Shown here: positions 39,433 through 40,435 of the stretch, one piece after another
Layout of the letters: each line of letters begins with the position of its first letter
How positions within the stretch are numbered: the stretch's first letter is position 1
Assembly: GCA_050014495.1 (NCBI GenBank)
Contig: JBEKDF010000026.1
Span: 1 to 40,435 of the forward strand
Length of the DNA: 40,435 nucleotides
Source of the DNA: Candidatus Bathyarchaeia archaeon
GTDB lineage: Archaea; Thermoproteota; Bathyarchaeia; TCS64
Direction: 5' to 3'
Position numbers and translations under genes: made by a program
Notes under the pieces: model-generated
What the model was told of the DNA's origin: nothing
What the model saw: only the letters and a program-made list of their open reading frames with translations
Database searches by the model: none

Positions 39433-39505
39433 CGCGCGTGGCTAACGCGCTCACTTGTGATTATACTTTTGAACCAATAAATAGTAGCTACTATCTTGGT
39501 TTGGT

Positions 39506-40435
39506 GTGCCGAATCGCCTCGCATTTCTTCAAACAGTACCGAGGGACGCGAAGATACTAATATTCTCAAACGCGTTCCGAAGCTTCAGCTCCGCCATCCT
39601 CACCGTCGCTTTCCCCATATATCTCAGCAAGATAGGCGTCTCCCCAGTCCTCATCGGGCTAACCTTCATGGGGATCATTCTGTTCTCCGCCATCAGAAGC
39701 CTGATTGAGGGAGTCATCGCTGATCGATTGGGGCGGAAACCCGTCCTCATCTTCATCGCGGGCAGCCTCGTCATCGGAGGCGCCATCTTCGTGGCAACGA
39801 CGAACATCACTATTCTTCTCATCGCCGCAGTCCTATTCACAGTAGGTGGATCAATCACCTACACCCCCGCCGAGATCGCCCTGTTAGGTGACAAGGTAAG
39901 CGATGAGAACCGGACGATGGCATACAGCATCAACGCAACACTTGCGACGGCGGCCAGCATACTCGGCAGCTTCGCTGGAGCCATACCCGAAGCGCTTCAG
40001 AGACTTGGTCTCCCCGAGATTTTAGCTTACCAGCAGATATTCGTGATCTTCGCAGTCGTCGGGGTCATTTGCATCATACTCTTCGCGTTGATCAAAGAGG
40101 TAAAACCGGAGCACATACCAATCGACTTCAGCTCTCCAACGGAGCAGGACATCAGCGAGAGAAAGTTTTTGCTGAAGTGGAGCAGCGTGGTCGCCTTAGA
40201 CGAGATCGGTGGCTCCTTCAACAACCTCCTCAGCTACTGGTTCTACCTCCGCTTCAGGGTGGGTCCCGCTGAGATAGGTCTAATCACTGGACTTGGCAAC
40301 CTTATTTCAACTGTCAGCTATGCCCTCGGTCTGAAGATGGCGAAGCGCTTCGGGACAATCAGAGCGACGGTGATGAGCAGGGTTCCCATCTTCCTCATAA
40401 ACTTCCTAACCCCTTTCATGCCGAGTTTCGCCTTA
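39506..40435 (+). CDS. MFS transporter, partial (runs off the right edge)
   Basis: Open frame from GTG at 39506; GVIADRLGRK motif A and multiple TM segments. Absent from the ORF track because it has no stop in the window. Confidence 0.9.
   Translation, partial: MPNRLAFLQTVPRDAKILIFSNAFRSFSSAILTVAFPIYLSKIGVSPVLIGLTFMGIILFSAIRSLIEGVIADRLGRKPVLIFIAGSLVIGGAIFVATTNITILLIAAVLFTVGGSITYTPAEIALLGDKVSDENRTMAYSINATLATAASILGSFAGAIPEALQRLGLPEILAYQQIFVIFAVVGVICIILFALIKEVKPEHIPIDFSSPTEQDISERKFLLKWSSVVALDEIGGSFNNLLSYWFYLRFRVGPAEIGLITGLGNLISTVSYALGLKMAKRFGTIRATVMSRVPIFLINFLTPFMPSFAL

Noticed and set aside
1..40435. Integrase, transposase, tRNA or rRNA genes
   Set aside because: No ORF shows tyrosine/serine recombinase or DDE motifs, and I saw no cloverleaf or rRNA signature.

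Overview
Archaeal chromosomal window, most likely Bathyarchaeia (inferred from the archaeal RNase P RNA, TATA-type promoters, MttB/corrinoid and RdhA-like genes, and a remnant of the 'LQSVSYIAGALGV' family). The left part holds the end of a probable mobile element with repeated AATGGTACCATT palindromes, then rnpB (979-1283, minus strand), an RdhA-like gene, MFS plus arginine deiminase-like genes, split purH and guaB. The middle holds catabolic enzymes, pepN, a non-pyrrolysine MttB with its corrinoid partner, and DUF917. The right part (23.5-39.5 kb) is a mosaic of accessory genes and gene remnants, punctuated by four co-oriented copies (two full, two partial) of a ~290-bp non-coding element. 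The two full copies carry a diverged copy of the rnpB 3' end, a gapless 162-bp module bounded by 18-bp inverted repeats, and 11-bp phased repeats. They look like attP-type sites of an rnpB-targeting integrase system and bracket a 9.4-kb radical-SAM/glycosyltransferase cassette. No integrase gene is visible in the window. Intergenic DNA is also strikingly enriched in (CG)n alternating tracts, often next to truncation points.
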